DNA of 64,000 nucleotides from Alphaproteobacteria bacterium (GCA_965212115.1 CBDBUR010000001.1:641395-705394); one strand, 5' to 3'. Positions 12,309 through 27,300 are shown, counted from the first letter of the stretch. Translations and numbers: made by a program. Notes: generated by a model from the sequence alone, not told the origin.

Positions 12309-15300
12309 ACCCAAACACAATATTGTTCCCCTCTAAAACTAAAGACCGAGACCCAACAGCCACACTCTCAGCAGAAACCACAACACTGCGATTGACTGAA
12401 ACTACCCGAACAATAAACGAACTCGAGTCGCTTGACACAGGCGCAAGAAGTGTCGCATGCAAAGTCTGATTGCTCGTCCCTGTCGAAATGAACGAAACTC
12501 CAGCGCGCGCCGATAACACCGCCCCTAGTGCTCCACTGCCAAAAGACGCCTGCTGGCGCAACGTGATCATACCACCGCTCAGCGTCAGCGTAGCCCCAGG
12601 CGTCGAGGCTGTAAACATGATCGCGCCACGACGCGACGTTAGAGACAAAGAACCCGTCCCAACATCAATGTTGCCTGTAATCGTCAGGCTGTCTGCCGCA
12701 AACGTCAGATCATAATTGTTCGCGCTCGTATCAAGTGCACCCAAAGTCAGAGCCTCAAGACTCCCCGCCACTAAACCCGCGCTGCCCGTGTAAGTCGGAA
12801 CCACACCCCCCAACGTCAAAGCGCCGCGACCTACATCAATGAGCGCGCCAAGATTGAGCGTCGCAACCGAAAGCGTCAGATCCGCGTCGCTCGGCTCCGG
12901 CGCTGCGTTCGCTACAAGCGTCAACGCCGCCGCCGTCAAAGTCGTCGGGCGCGATGAATTGAAATTGATCGATCCTTCATTGTTTGTCCCTGATCCCGCC
13001 GTCAACGCCAAATCACCCGTCCCAACATTAATATCAGTGTTGATGTTCAAATCCCCCGAAGCCGTCACCGTTAAAGCGTTGTTGCTCACCGTCGGTGCCG
13101 CATCCCCCGTCAACGTGATCGCACCACCGATTAAACTCGAGGCCGTACTCACCGTCGCATCAAAATTGACCACACCTGTATCATTGCCATTACCCGCCTC
13201 CAACGTCACAGCCCCCGAACCAAAATCTCGCGCTCCGCTCAAGGTCACATCACCCGCCGCGCGCAATACAAAATCAGAGCCCGAACTCGTCGCCAAAGTC
13301 GGCATCCAGGCTTGTACCGCCTGCGATCCGCTCGCCGTCGTGATGAACTCAAGATCACTCGCCGACGTCGACGCATGACCAACAAAAGGACTGCTCGAGC
13401 CAAACAAAATGCCTGACATCAATGTCAGACTCTGCGCACGCGACGCTGGGGCTGTGTCCGATGTCAATGTCAGCGCACCGCCTGAAGTCAGCACCACCGC
13501 GCGCGACGCATCAAACTCGATCGCACCCGTCGTCGTCCCCATGCCTGCCGTGAGCGCAAGCGTCGCCGCGCTCAAGTTCGTGTTGAGGTTGATCGCGCCG
13601 CTCGCCGTCAGCGTGAGCCCCCGCGTCCCCAGATTAACCGTCGCAACCGCCGTGTTCGTCAACGTGATCGACGACGCTGTGATCGTCGTCGACGCGCCGG
13701 TCGCAAATGTGATGTTCCGATTGCGCGTACGACGATTGGTGTTTTGTCCTGCAACCAACTCAAGCGCTCCCGTGCCAAAATCAAGCGCGCTCGCAGCCAC
13801 ATTCAGCTGACCCCCAACCTCCAGCGACAAACCCCGACCCAAAACCACCATCCACGCAAGCAAATCTTGTCGGCTGCGACCACCATACAATAAACTCAAA
13901 GAGCCTACCGTTAAAGTCGACGCCGGAGACCGCACAAAAGGCTGATCCGACATGAACTCTAAACTCAGCGCTGTCAACGTGCGGCCGCTGCCAAAATTCG
14001 TGTTCCTATTACTTTCAAAATTCACCGTGCGCAATGACAACACTCCGCCCGCTCGACCAACATTAATGTCTGCGTCGATCAACAAAGCGCGGCGCGCACG
14101 GATCGCCACCATGATCGCTTCGCTCGGCGCTGTCGGCTGACCCACAGCAAGCAAAGAAACATTGTTCGCGTCTATGCTCGTCGCGCCCGTGAAGTTGATC
14201 GAACCGCCTGCAAAAACCACCGGCGTCGTCGTCGCGGCCGCTGGTGCGCTCAAAGTGAGATTATGGCGGCTTGGATTGCCAGCAACAAAATCCCCGCTAA
14301 GCGACAAAGCTCCGACCGTCGCTGTCAGACGCAGGTTGCGATTGAAACTCACACTCTGCGCGCTGATCGAAAGTACTCCCGCCGAAATAACTCCCAGCGC
14401 GCCGCCCAAAGTCAGCTCTCCATCTGCCATGATCGTCAGCGCGCGAGATCCAATAGACACGCTGCCCGCGATGATCGAAATCTCCGACGCTTCTATCACA
14501 ATCTCTCCGTCGCCCGCAAAAGACAAAACACCCGAACCCGCATTTAACTCAATCCTCTCACTCGCGCGAAGCTCCGAAGGCGCCACAAATGATCCCCCAG
14601 GAATCAGCGCAATCTCTTCTGCTATCAAATCAACCAGCTCAAACCAAGCGTGATCAGTCTGGTCAGCTTCGCCCCTATAAAAAACAAGCGGCAGAACATC
14701 GGTAGGAAGCGTGAAAGTCGCCGGCGCGCTCGGGCCAAAGAGAGCTTGCTGCTGTATCAAAAGAACCTGCGCCGCTTCGATCTCCACCCCGGAGCGGAAA
14801 GCAATGGCAGTGTCACCTCCCCCTTCAAGAGTGAGTTCGCCGTCACCGATGGCAATGTCATCCACAGTCAAATCGTTCGCCGCAGTAATCGTGAGGTTGG
14901 CACCATCGCTTCTCGTGATCGCACTGGTGATGGTAATGTCGGTGGCGCGCAACTGACGGACAGCGCCGATGATCTCAATGAAGGTGCCGCTTACCGCCGC
15001 CGATAAGGTGAGATCGCCGTCGCCGAGATCTATATCGCCATTGATCTTTATCGTGCTGTTATTTGCAGGCGTAGTCGCATCCACAGCGCCATCAACCACG
15101 ATGACCAGATTTGCCGCCGTCGTCGTCGTGATGTCACCGGTGAGATCAACCCGATCGGCAGATAATGTCACCGTCGCTGCCACCAGCGAGGAGGAAGTCC
15201 CTGTCATCGGCGCGGTGAGCACGACCCTCCTGCCGCCCAAAGTGATGACGCCTGCGCTTCTCGTGAGGTTGCCCCCAACCATAATCGGGCAACTCGCGCA

Positions 15301-18300
15301 GGTGATGCTCAAATCGCTCGTCAAAGGCGCATTGGCGATATCATTATTCGTTGACAGCCAAGCCTGAACCTCCTGCGCCGCAGTGACGCTCAAAACCAAA
15401 GCTATGTCTAAAGCTATGTCCAAATTGCCAAAATTGAACAGCCGCGCAGAACCAAACGCACCCGACGTTTGCGTGAAGGTTAAACTCGCGGCAGTTAAAG
15501 TCGGAACATTGCCGTCGGCATTATCAGAATCCAAATCCGTAGTGGTGATGGTGCCCGCCGTCGCCTCAATGACGATGCTCTGCCCCGCATAGGTGATCGC
15601 GTTGGCGGCCAGAGACACCGCCGCGCCCGAAAGTGTGATCGCGCTCGTGCCGCTCAACGCGATCGTCGGTGCCGACAAAGCAACGCCCTGCTCGCCCGCC
15701 ATGATATTATCGCTCAGCGTGATCGACGCCGCGCTCGTCAGACTCAAACCGAGACCATCAACTAACATCCACGCATAAACCATCTGTGCCGCTTGGGTAT
15801 CCAAGATCAGCGAGTTCGTCGCCGCGCCAAGTGTAAATACGTCGAAGGCAAAAACCGCATTCTGCTCAAGCGTGATCACACTGCCAGAAAGCTCGCGCGT
15901 CGTGCCCCCATTGCTAATGACGCCGCATGCTGAAGCGCTATCACTGCCGCAGGTCGAGACCGTGGCGCGTGCCCTCATCACCAGCGCGCCAGCGCCAACA
16001 TCCACATTGCCTGCCAAAGTCAAAAGGCCTTCCGTCGCTTCCAAAGTAAGATCACCGCCCTCAACGGTTGTGATTCTTGGAGCATTCAGCGTCAACGTTT
16101 TGGCCTTTATCGAAGGCGCTACACCAATGACCATCAAATTCGCAGCCGAGATCCGCAAAGCGCCGCCCGCGCTACCGGAAATGTCGAGAGCAGAGTCAAG
16201 CCTCATCGTGAGCCTAGCTCCTTGCGCGATGATCTCTAAGCCGGGGTTGTTGCCCAAATTAATCGCGCCCGCGTTAATCGTGATCGCCGCCGAGCTCAGA
16301 ATGATGTTCGTGTTGCCGTCGCCGTCGGCGAAAGTCAACGTGCGAGAACCAACATCAAGAATGATGCTGTCTTTTGTTTCAATCAGCACGTCCACATTAG
16401 GATTATCTTCAGGATGGGTATAGGTGGCGGATAGTATGGTGAGATCGTGAAACCATGCTCGCTCAGCGATGTCACCCAAAGCGCGACCAGTGACAACAGG
16501 CAATCTGCCCGCATTTAGGATAAACGTCGCCGGCCCCGGGTCTTCAACAAAAGCGCTGCGATCCTGCGCTAGATTCGCCGCAAACGCCGTCACCGTGATA
16601 TTGCTGCCCCATATGATGTCGCCGGTTGATACTCCTGTTGCGTCATCAAATCCGGCCTCAAGCACAAGCGCGGCGTTGCCAACATCATTGCTGTCATCAA
16701 TATCGCCATCATCAGCGACAAGAGATATATTGCCACCGATCGTCAGATCACCACGCGCGCGCGCAATCAGTTTTTTGCCCAGCGTGCTTTTGAGCGCAGA
16801 CATAAAATTGATGTTGTCGGCCTGCACAGTAAAAAGATTTACAGTGTTGGAAATATCATCCATCAAAGCGATGGGCGCTGTGCCGTTCACATCTAGAACG
16901 AGATCGCCGCTGCCGATGTCAAAGCTATTGGTGATCAAGATTCTCCGATTGCTCGTAATGCTCAAATCGCGGTTCACTGCGATCATCCAATTATAGATTC
17001 CTTGGAAGCCGCTGTTCGGGATAGTTGTGGCAGTGAAACTCACAAAATCAACAGCAGCCGCGAAGTTAAACAGGATGTCAGAGCCAAACGCATTATCTTG
17101 CGAAAGGCTTATTGTGCTGGCAAGCAGCGTCGGCGCGACAAAGTCGTCCGTCACAGGAAAAGGCGCGCCGTTTGAGATATTGTCATCATCGCAACTATCT
17201 GGACCAGTGCAGCCCGTCAGAATGCCCGCCGTGAGCGTGAGATCGCCCCGCTGCATCGTTGTGCCGCCGCCGCCGCCATCTTCCATCGAAAACTCCGCGA
17301 CCGTGACGCTGCCACTAACGGTCAAATCTCTCGAGGCGTTCACGACGAGACTGCCGCCATTGACAGTCGTTTCGCCGCTGATGGTGATGTTTTGCCCAGT
17401 GATCGTGAGCGTCCGGTCTGCGGCATCCACAGAAACATTGATGTTGATCGTGCTCGTCATCAGCGAAACATCTCCGGTGTTGGCGGCGTTGAGGTCGGTG
17501 TTAATTGTGGCGCTTAACCCAATTATGATGGAGTTCCTGTCCGAAACGACCATCCAAGCAGGATAAATCGTCTGGTCGACGCGCGCGTTCAATTGCAAAG
17601 TGCTCACATCCGTAAATGCCGTCGCCGGAGACGCGGCGGTAAACGCGCTATCTTGCGCGAGAGTTATTTTCCTTGCAGTGAGCACACCAATTTGACTGCC
17701 AATGCCGCCCACATTCAACATGATATTGCCGGTATTAACTATTGGATTGTTGCCATCGTCCATCGTATCAACGCCGGCTTCCAGCGTTAAATCTGTGTCG
17801 GGGGCCGTCATGCCATCATCCCTAAGAGTTATGAAAACGACGCTGCTCTCAAAGATCAAATTGCCTTTGGCGCGGATGGTTAAATTTCTATTTGCGGCAC
17901 CAGAAAAATCAATTGCGCCGCCCTTAAACCTAATTTCACCGCCTTCCAATATGATCGTGTCAGCAATGCCACTGCTTGCGCTTGAAATGAAGCCAGCACC
18001 AAAATCTACCATAGCATTTAGGGTGATATCGCCATTGCCATTATCCAACATCTCGCCACCCTCATGAGCAAGCTCAATAGAGCCGACCATATTGGTGAGG
18101 GTTAAATCTCTGCCTGTGCCACCATTTGCGTTTTTATCCAACATCCACAGCCAGACCCTCTGACTGAGGCTTTCTGTCACATTAATCTTCAAAGTCTTCA
18201 CATTGCTGGAAAAATTAGGCCCGCCGTCTTTCCCAAAGCCGCTGCTATTATTCGTCAAAGTGATGTTATCGGCAGAGAGCATGGCAGAATCAGCAAAAAT

Positions 18301-21300
18301 GAAATCGTTGGCCGACATAAGAAACATAAGACCATCACCGCTCGTCCCAACATTTATGCTGCCGTTCAAGGTAATCTCATCCTTCGTTTCAATGGCGAGG
18401 CTGCTGTCAGAGACCGCAGGCGCGTTGAGCATGAAATCGCCCGCCATGATCTTGATGAGCGCCACATCAGCACGCGTTTCATCTTTGCCTTTAAACACGA
18501 TCGAGCGCATCTCGCTCGCCGTGTTCGTGTTTGACAAGATTAAACCACCGCTGCCGAAATCAATGACGCCATCGGCGAACAAAGTGGCGTCAAGAGTGAT
18601 GACGCTGCTGGAGCTGTCCGCGGTGTTGATGATCAAACCCCTGCCTGCCGCGACCATCCAAGTCTGAAGCGTCTGTGCGGTGATACTCGCGGGGAGATCA
18701 ATTTGCAGACCGCTGGCTTCAAGAGTGAATGGGAAAAAAGAGGTGAACGCCATACTCTGCTCGATGATGATGTCTTCTGCGATCAAGGTGGGCGTTGCAT
18801 CGGAAGCGAAACTGCTCCCGGCCTTCAAAAGAAGAGCGGTGTCTGCAGCGCGAGCAAACGAGACATCGTCGTTGATTTTGATCGCATTGGCGCTTGAAAG
18901 CGAAATCATCGCAATGGCGGAAGTCGCAGAGATGTCGCCCGTGATCGTGATCGCCTTGCCTACAAACGAGACGCTAGAACCCGATAACGCATCAAGTCTA
19001 ATGCCCCCCGGCGCCGACAAGGTTAGGTCGGAAGAGGTGAATCCGATATCGCTCGCCGAAACCGCCATGATCCTGAGCGCGTGGCTGGCAATGGTGCTGT
19101 CAACTTCCAGCGTGAGGTTGCGGTTCGCAACCACCATCCAGTCTTGAAGGGTTTGCGCCGAGTCTGTCTTAAGGCTCAAATCGGAGGTCATCAACACAAA
19201 GAGCTGGTCGCTGCCAAAAACGAGATCCTGCGAAAGGGTGATCTCGCTTGCGGTCAAGGTTCGCTGTGTGCCGCTGTTTTTGATGCTGCATGACTCAGTG
19301 CCGCTGCCGCAGGTTCTGGCTTCCGCCATGATTACGAGCGCATTCGCACCGACATTGGCATTGCTCATCAAATTGACATCTCCGGCTTTGGCCTCCAAAG
19401 TGAGGTTGATGTCAGCGTCTGTGATTTCATCCGTCTCAGTATTCGTGTTGATGGTGGTGATCATGCCTGCGATCAAAGTAAGCTCCGCGCCCGACAAAGC
19501 GCGATTTCCACTGCCGGTAAAATTAATCGTGCCGCTCGCGCCAGTGTTAATGATGAGATCGCTACTAACATTGAGGTCAGCGTTAAGCGTGATCGTGCCC
19601 CCGCTCGCCTGTATCGTCAAGGAGCTGCCGCCCGTGCGCGCAAAGGCGACCATCCCTGCCATGATCGAGATGGTCGGCGCATCCAAAGTAATCGCAGCGA
19701 GGTCAGGGAAAGTGAGCGTCCCTGCGCCGACGTCCAACGTAATGCTATCTATGCGACTTAGCGCACCGTTGAGAAAAAGCCCGCTGGGCAGATCGTAATT
19801 TTGATCGACTCTGTTGAGGCTGCCAGAGATCGTCGGCTCGTTCGCGCCGATCGCGGGGATAACATAAAAGCCCGGTGGCGGCACGATAAGCCAAATTCGT
19901 GTCATGGCGTCGGTCGGACCCACATGGCTCACAGCTTGTGGCAGAGGGGCATCCGCTGACGCAATCACAAAAGTCGCCGGCCCCAAAGGCGCACTAGCTC
20001 TGTCGGGAGCAAAAGGCATATTCTGCGCCAGTTCCACCGAAAACGCTGTGACCGTGACACTCGGCGTTGTCGGGTTGATTTTTGGCATATCATCATCGCT
20101 ATCGGCCCATAAGATGTCGCCGCCTGCAATGTTGTCGGAGTCGGCCACAAGCCGGAGCTTGTTAGTCGCGCCGCTGCCGATGTTTATATTGCCATGAATC
20201 GTCAAATTGCCGCGTGCAGAGATCGTCACGGGAATGTTGAAAGGATTGTTGAAAGCGCCCTTCAAATCGATGTTTCCAGCACTCATGGTAAAGCTGGTTA
20301 GAGGGGTGTTGCCGGGAAACTGTAACAGCCCGATGACCCTATTGATGTTGCTCACCTCCAAAGTGAGGTTGCCACTGCCGATATCAATTTCCGAAAGTGT
20401 CATAACAATCGATGGTCCAATAAAGAAGGCGCCAGTTTCGCTCTTGATTGTCAAACTGCGATCCCTTTCAATCATCCACGGTCGGACGAATATCGCGGCG
20501 TTCGTGACAGTGAAGCTTACGAGATCAACTTCAGCACCGAAGTCAAACACACGGGACTCATTATAATTGTCAGCTTGCGAGAGAAAAATTGAAGCGGCGC
20601 TCAGCGTCGGCGTGACACTCACAATATCGACAAGCTTGCCATTGTTATCCCTGTCCTTGTCCGCCGTGAGCGTGAGATTACCCTTCTTCGTTATCATATT
20701 GTTGCTGTTATCGGGGTCAGACATGATGAAATCTTCAACCGTGATGTTGCCATAGACTGAGATGTCATTAGCGGCCTCCACGACAAAGCTACCGCCGTTC
20801 ACCGTGATCGTGCCATCACGCGACATGCCGCTACCCTCCAGCGAGTGGCCAAAAATGAGTTCTCCCATGCTGCTGATCGTGAGCGTGTTGTCAGCGGCGT
20901 CAGCAGGGACCATGACGTTGATTTCATCAATGTGCAGCTGCGTCAGAACGGGATTGACGAAGGCGAGGTCCGCATTGATGGTGGTGCTTGGCGCGGATAT
21001 GACCAAAGCTGAGATCGGAAAAGTCAGCCAATCAGTATGGATTATCTGGTCAGAACCTGCAAGCAAGCCAAGTGAATATGTGGACGTTCCGATCCTAGAG
21101 GTGATTGTGCTGGCAAACGCGCCGGGCTGAACGAGTAGCACAAATATCCCAGTGAGCGTCACACTGCCCAGCATGAAATTGCCTTCTCCGCTCCCCTCGC
21201 CCGCTTCCAGAATTAAAAAATTGGCCGCTTCAGTGTTGAGCGTTATATTACTGTTGATGGTCAAATTGCCTTTGGCCTTGATGGATAGACTTTTTCTGCC

Positions 21301-24300
21301 GCTATTTTTATCCGTGCTGCCGCTCTCATCAAGCACACCCGTGAGCGTGATCGCGCCGCCGGACATAACACTCATCTCGCCATCGCTGTTATTTCCATCT
21401 AAAGAGAGCGTGGCGGCGTTTAAGGTGATATCGCCCATGCCATTATCAAGAGGAGCGGTGTCAATATGAGAAATGGAAATGGAACCGCCCTCATTGTTGA
21501 GAACGATATCTCTATCGTTTGAACCGTCGCGCATCATCCAGCCATGAAGCCTCTGATTTTCATCGCTGCTCGTGATTGTCAGCGTCAGACTTGTCACCGA
21601 TGCGGCGAACATTACAGGCGCGGGGCTCTCAAATGTGGCACGCTGCGACAAAACGAGTTCACCGGCGGTGAGCAGGGCGCTACTGCCAAATCCAACTCTG
21701 CTGATCTCATCACCATGGCTGTCAGCGATCAGCGTGAGCCGATGCGCGCCGACATTGGCAGTGTTGATATCTATTTCTCCCGAAACCTGGATGGTGAGAT
21801 CTCCTGTGACGGCTGTTATTGATGCCCCGCTGCCGATTTGAAGTGATGCTTCCACGCTTGCCGAACCTAAAAAGATTTCACGAGCGCCGCCGGTGAATTC
21901 GAGCTGGCTGTTATTCCCTGAAGTGGGCAGCAAAACTAAAGAGCTTGCAGACATAATATCGCGCTCAATGACCAGTTTAGAATTATTACGCGCCATATTT
22001 AGAGCAAGGCCGCTAACATCACCATTTGTCATCCATGGATGGAGCGTTTGCGCGGCAACATCAGCGTTTAAGTTAATCGTTAAACTCGGCTTTGATCCTA
22101 CTCCTTCTCTTGCAAAGGCGAACGGGAAAGGATTTACCGCATCATCTTTGGCGGTGAACGCCTGCCCCTGCCGCAGAGTGATTTCATCTGCGGTCAAAGT
22201 GACGGAGCTCATGCTAGAGAGAATACGCCCGCCCCCACTCGTATGCGTTCGCAACACAATGGAAGACGCATCACTGCCATCAGCGCTGCCCATATTGATG
22301 TTGCCATTGATGACAATATCAAAGCCATTATTAAGCTCCGATCCGAGAGCGAGGTCGATTCCGCTTAAGCCTTCAGCCGCGGAGATGTTGCTATTGATTG
22401 TGAGTCCAGCGTTGGCAACTATGGCTTGATCTCCGTTGATAGAAACTCCTCCCATCCTGCCCTCCAAAATGAGCGCTTTTTGGATGTAGAAAGAAGCATG
22501 GAAATTCAATGCCCCTCCCTCGCTGATTAAAGAGAGATTGCTGCTCAAATCATTGACATCCACAACTACCGACGTATTAATCTCGATGGAAGCGTTAACG
22601 GCGGTAAGCGTCGTATTTGCCGCGCTGTCAACCATCATCCACCGATGAAGAGGCTGCCCGCCCGCCGCCTGCGATGTGAGCGTTCTCAGATTCAACTGAG
22701 TGACGGTGCTGTCGTTATCGGTGAAGTCGAAATGCTGTTCGGCAATAAACTGGCGTCGCTGCGAAAGTGTAACCATTCTAGCAATCAAAGTGTGAGACCC
22801 TGATGAGCCAGAAGAATTCTCATAATCTTGATTTCTGATGCGGCACAAGCCGGTGGAGCTGGATAGAGACGGACAATTCGTGCTGTTCTCTTTCTCCGCT
22901 ACAACCGCAAGCGCGTTCGTGCCGACATCGACATCGCTGTTCAAATTGATGTCGCCTGTGAGGGCAATCAAAAAGAGATCTTGGTCAGCGGTGGTCTGGC
23001 TCGCGTCCAGCGTAAGCTCGCCGCCCGCCTGCAAAGTGTAAGCGCCGCCGCCGCCTGTAAAAACGACCGTCCCCGCACCCGCATCGACAATGAGATCACC
23101 AGAAGCCTCAATGCTCGCATTGAGCGTCAGCGTCAGTACGCCGCCGCTCGAAGTGAGCGTCAGTGAATCGTTAGATGATGGAATCGTGATTGTCCCTGCC
23201 CTGATGGTGATGGTCGGTGCGTCCAGCGTTATCGACGTCAGATCAGGGAAGGTCAGTGTCCCTGTGCCGACATCTAACGTGATGCTCGATGAACGCTCCA
23301 GCAGACCATTTTCAAAACTGGCCGCCGGAATCGTGTAGTCTGCGTTTGTGCCGGGTCTTTCGGCTGTGTTATCAGCGGGCGTGCTATAGGTGAGCGGCGC
23401 GGGATCGTCAAACCATGTTTGCGTCGCGGGATCGAGACTCGTTGCGCCGCGACCGTGAGGCCTCGCACTCCCCGACAGGATGAACGTCGCCGGACCCGGA
23501 TCGCTTGCTAAGGCCGAGCCATCCTGCGACAGACTCACCGACAGCGCCTTCACCGTGACCGTCGGCATTGCTGGCATTGTGCTTGCGGTGGCGTCCGTAG
23601 CGCCATCGGCCCAGAGGATGTCGCCGGTGCTGTCATCGCCGTGCCCTGCACTGAGCCTCAGCGCTGCATTCCCGACATCTAATTCATCAACAAGCAATAT
23701 ATCGCCGCCGATCGTCAAATCGCCGCGGGCGACGATCTCAACAGGAATGTCGGCAGTGCTTTTGAAAGCGCCGAGCAAATTGATGTTGCCAGCACTCAAA
23801 GTGAGGCTGGCGGGCAGAGCGGTGTCAGCGTTAGGGGAAAGAATTTTGATGAAAAAATTTTTCACCTCCAAAGTGAAATCACGGCTGCCGAGATCAATGT
23901 CAAAGTAAATGCCAATGGCTGAGCTTGTAATTTTCAAGTTGAAATTTCCTTCAAGCATCCAAGAATTAATGAACATGCTGCTTTCGGTGGTTAAGTGCAA
24001 TAGATCAGCATTTTGAAAGTTAAACTCACGTTCATCAAAATCTCCATCTTGTGAGAGAAAAATTGAAGCGGCGCTTAGCGTCGGCATGGTGGCGGCGATT
24101 GCGCGAATATCATGGTTGGTGTCATCATCCGCACCCGCCGTGAGCGTCAGAGCACCGCCATCATTGACCGTGATGTCGCTAATGACTTCGATGGTTTCGT
24201 TGGCCTCTACGACGAGGCTGCCATTATTTACGATGATCGTGCCATCTCGATCGTTGAAGAATTGCGTGCCACCAGTAAAGAGCTCGCCGCCAAATCGGAT

Positions 24301-27300
24301 ACTGCCATTGCTTGTGATCCTGAGCGTGTGTTCAGAAACAGGCGTCGCGGCATCTTCATCATCAGGAACATTGATGATGATTTCGCCAAAGTGCAAGATA
24401 ACCCCCGCCCCAGTATTAGCAAAAGCGAGGGTCTCAGTAATGACGGCTTTTGGCGCACTGATGATAACGTTGATTGCGCCGCTAAATTCGGTCATCCAAG
24501 AGTGGATCGGCTGCGCTGCGCTGGAATCCGTGCGCAAGACTAAAGTTCCATTTGTTAAATCGTATGATTCCGCAGTGCCTGTGATGGTGATGGTCGCCAG
24601 AGCTGTGTCGCCAAACAGCCCATCTTGCGCAAGAAAGATACTCTCTCCGGAGAGCTGAACATCATTCGCCAGCATGAAACTGCCAGTATTAACTCTTACC
24701 AGAGAGCCGCTATCGCCATTTTCTTCCCCTCTTATATCAACCCCCGCTTCCAGACGAAGTTTTTTGTCCTCTTTGAGCCTGATATGACTGTTGATGATCA
24801 AATTGCCTTTAGCGCGGATGGACAAATGTTTATCACCGCTGGCACGATCAGCGGCTGCCCTTTCATCAAGCGCACCCGTGAGCGTGATCGCACCACCTAA
24901 CAATGCGGAAGTGCTGCTGTCGGCAGCATCTCCATCTAAAGAGAGCGTGGCGGCGTTTAAGGTGATGTCGCCAGTGCCATTATCGAAAGAATTATCGGAA
25001 ACAGCTCCCGAATGGGTAATGCGAATGGAGCCGTCCTCATTGTTGAGAACGAGCGCTCTTGTGCCTGAAATGCCGCCCATCATCCAGGGATGGATTCTCT
25101 GGTCGACGCCACTGCCAATGATCGTCAGTGCCAGCGTCGCCACCGAAGAGGCAAAACTATACCCGCTGCTTTCAAATGCGCTGCTTTGCGTCAAAACGAT
25201 CTCGTCGGCGGTGAGCATCGTCGCAGAAAGTGAAAGCCCACCGCTCCCATTGCCGTCATTGTCGGCGGTCAGCGTGAGCTTGTTGCTCCCAACATCTACC
25301 GAGCTATTTGCAAAAGTTATGCTGCCATCCACGATAATCGTGAGATCGCTGTCAGACGCGGAGTCGAGTGTCGCGGGCTTAAACAAGCTGAAAGAGCCAG
25401 CCTTGATCCGAACAGCCTTCCCCATGACCACGTTGCCGCTTTCATCAACGAACGGGTCTCCACGCCCATCAAAGAGCCGGACATCTTCTTTCCCCCGAAA
25501 CTCAATCTGGGCATTCGCCCCTCCTCCAGATGCAGAAGCGAGAAGCAGCTGCACCACACCGCGACCAAAATTAATTCCTAAATCCGGGAACAAGCTGGCG
25601 TCAACGATCAATTTGGCGTTCGTATGCGCCATGACAATGTCTAAATTCCTATTTTCCTCGACCATCCAAGTTTGAAGCGTCTGCACGGCAACAGCATTGT
25701 TTAATTCAATCAGTAAAACAGGTGATTTTGCCCCCTCCGATGCGAGAGTGAATGGGAAATCATCGGAGAATGCCTCCCCTTGCCGCAGGATGATCGCGTC
25801 CGCGGTCAAAGTGTAGTTCCCACTAGAATTGATTTTTCCGCTTCCACTTATATGCGTTTGCAAGACAAGGGAAGTTGCATCAATATCACTAGGATCTGTG
25901 GTGTCGGCGATGCCCAGATCGATGTCGCCATTGATGATGAGATCAGCGCCCCCGCTCGACGACGTGTTGATTTCGAGGTCGGCGCCGTTGACAGTCACAG
26001 AGACGGGGCTTATGAGCTTGACTGACCTGCCGCCTCGCAAGAATACGTCTTCTGATGTGGAAATAACAATCCCACCGACTTCGCCCTGCAAAACAAGCGA
26101 ACCTCTGATCTCGATAGAGCCGACTTCGAGGCCGCCCTCTGCATTGACTCTTTGGGTGAAATTCACCGATCCGCCTATGCTTCTTAAAAAAAGGCTGCCT
26201 CTTTTATCGCCAGAAGCTGTGCTGCCGATAAGGCCCCCGATCGTTATCTCGCCGCGCGCAGTGAGCAACGTGCTTGAACCGTTGTCATTGATCACCATCC
26301 AAGGCCAAACCGTCTGCGCCGACACCGTGAAAAGGTCCAATGTTCTGACGAATTTGATCCCATTGTCAAAAGCAAAAAGCTGGGTGCCATTAAACTGGCG
26401 ATTCTGCCTAAAAGAGACTATGTTTCCAAGCAAAGTATAGCCTCTTTCGCCTGCGCCGCTATTTCTGATGCGGCAGCTGTTGTCCTCACAGCCGGAGCTG
26501 CTGCTCTCTGCTATGAGCAGAAGCGCGTTCGCGCCAACATCGACATTGCTGGCCAGATTGATATCGTTGCTCGAGGCAGTCAAATTGAGGTTTTGGTCAG
26601 AAATGATCTCGCTTGCGATCAAAGTAAGCTCTCTACCGGCCAGCAACGTGTAAGCGCTGCCGCCGCCCACCAGATTGATTGTCCCCGCCACCCCCGCATT
26701 GATCGTGAGATCGCCAGCCACCTCAATGCTCGCGTTGAGCATGAAGTTCAACGTCCCGCTGCCCGACTGGATCGTCAGCGAGGTTGTGCTTCCCGCAAAT
26801 GCAATTGTCCCTGCTGTGATGTTGATCACCGGTGCGTCGAGCGTCAGTGTCGAGGCGCCGGAAATATCAGGAAAAGTCAGCATCCCCGTGCCGACAGCAA
26901 GTGTAATGCGCTCTTCGCGCACAAGCATGCCCTGTGGGAAAAGAGTCGCCGGAAGCACATAGCTTCCGTCAGCAGCTTTTTCATCGGCGGGGATGTCATA
27001 TTTCGGATCGGGCAGAAGCGTGAACCAAGTGCAGGCCGGGAGCGTGTCGGCTTCGCAAGGAGGCTGCGTCGTTTCATCCCCAGTATATAAAACATCGGCC
27101 ACAACGAGGCTGTCTTCTTGATCCTTGAAGGCCGCGATCCGATGATCATCATCAGGGTTAAAAATCCCGCCGCTCTGCTCTAACCTCACGGAACTCGCAG
27201 TGACAGGCGAGTTTGTAATTGTGATAACGCCCGTCGGATCCGTCGTGCCGGCCTCTATTGTGAGATTTCCGCTCGCAATATTTATTCCGCCCACACTCAT

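Noticed and set aside
12900-26880. Periodic repeats considered as a CRISPR array or other non-coding repeat
   Set aside because: The period is ~3.5 kb, not 25-50 bp. The repeats are in-frame and protein-coding inside an uninterrupted ORF. There are no short direct repeats with unique spacers and no cas genes.
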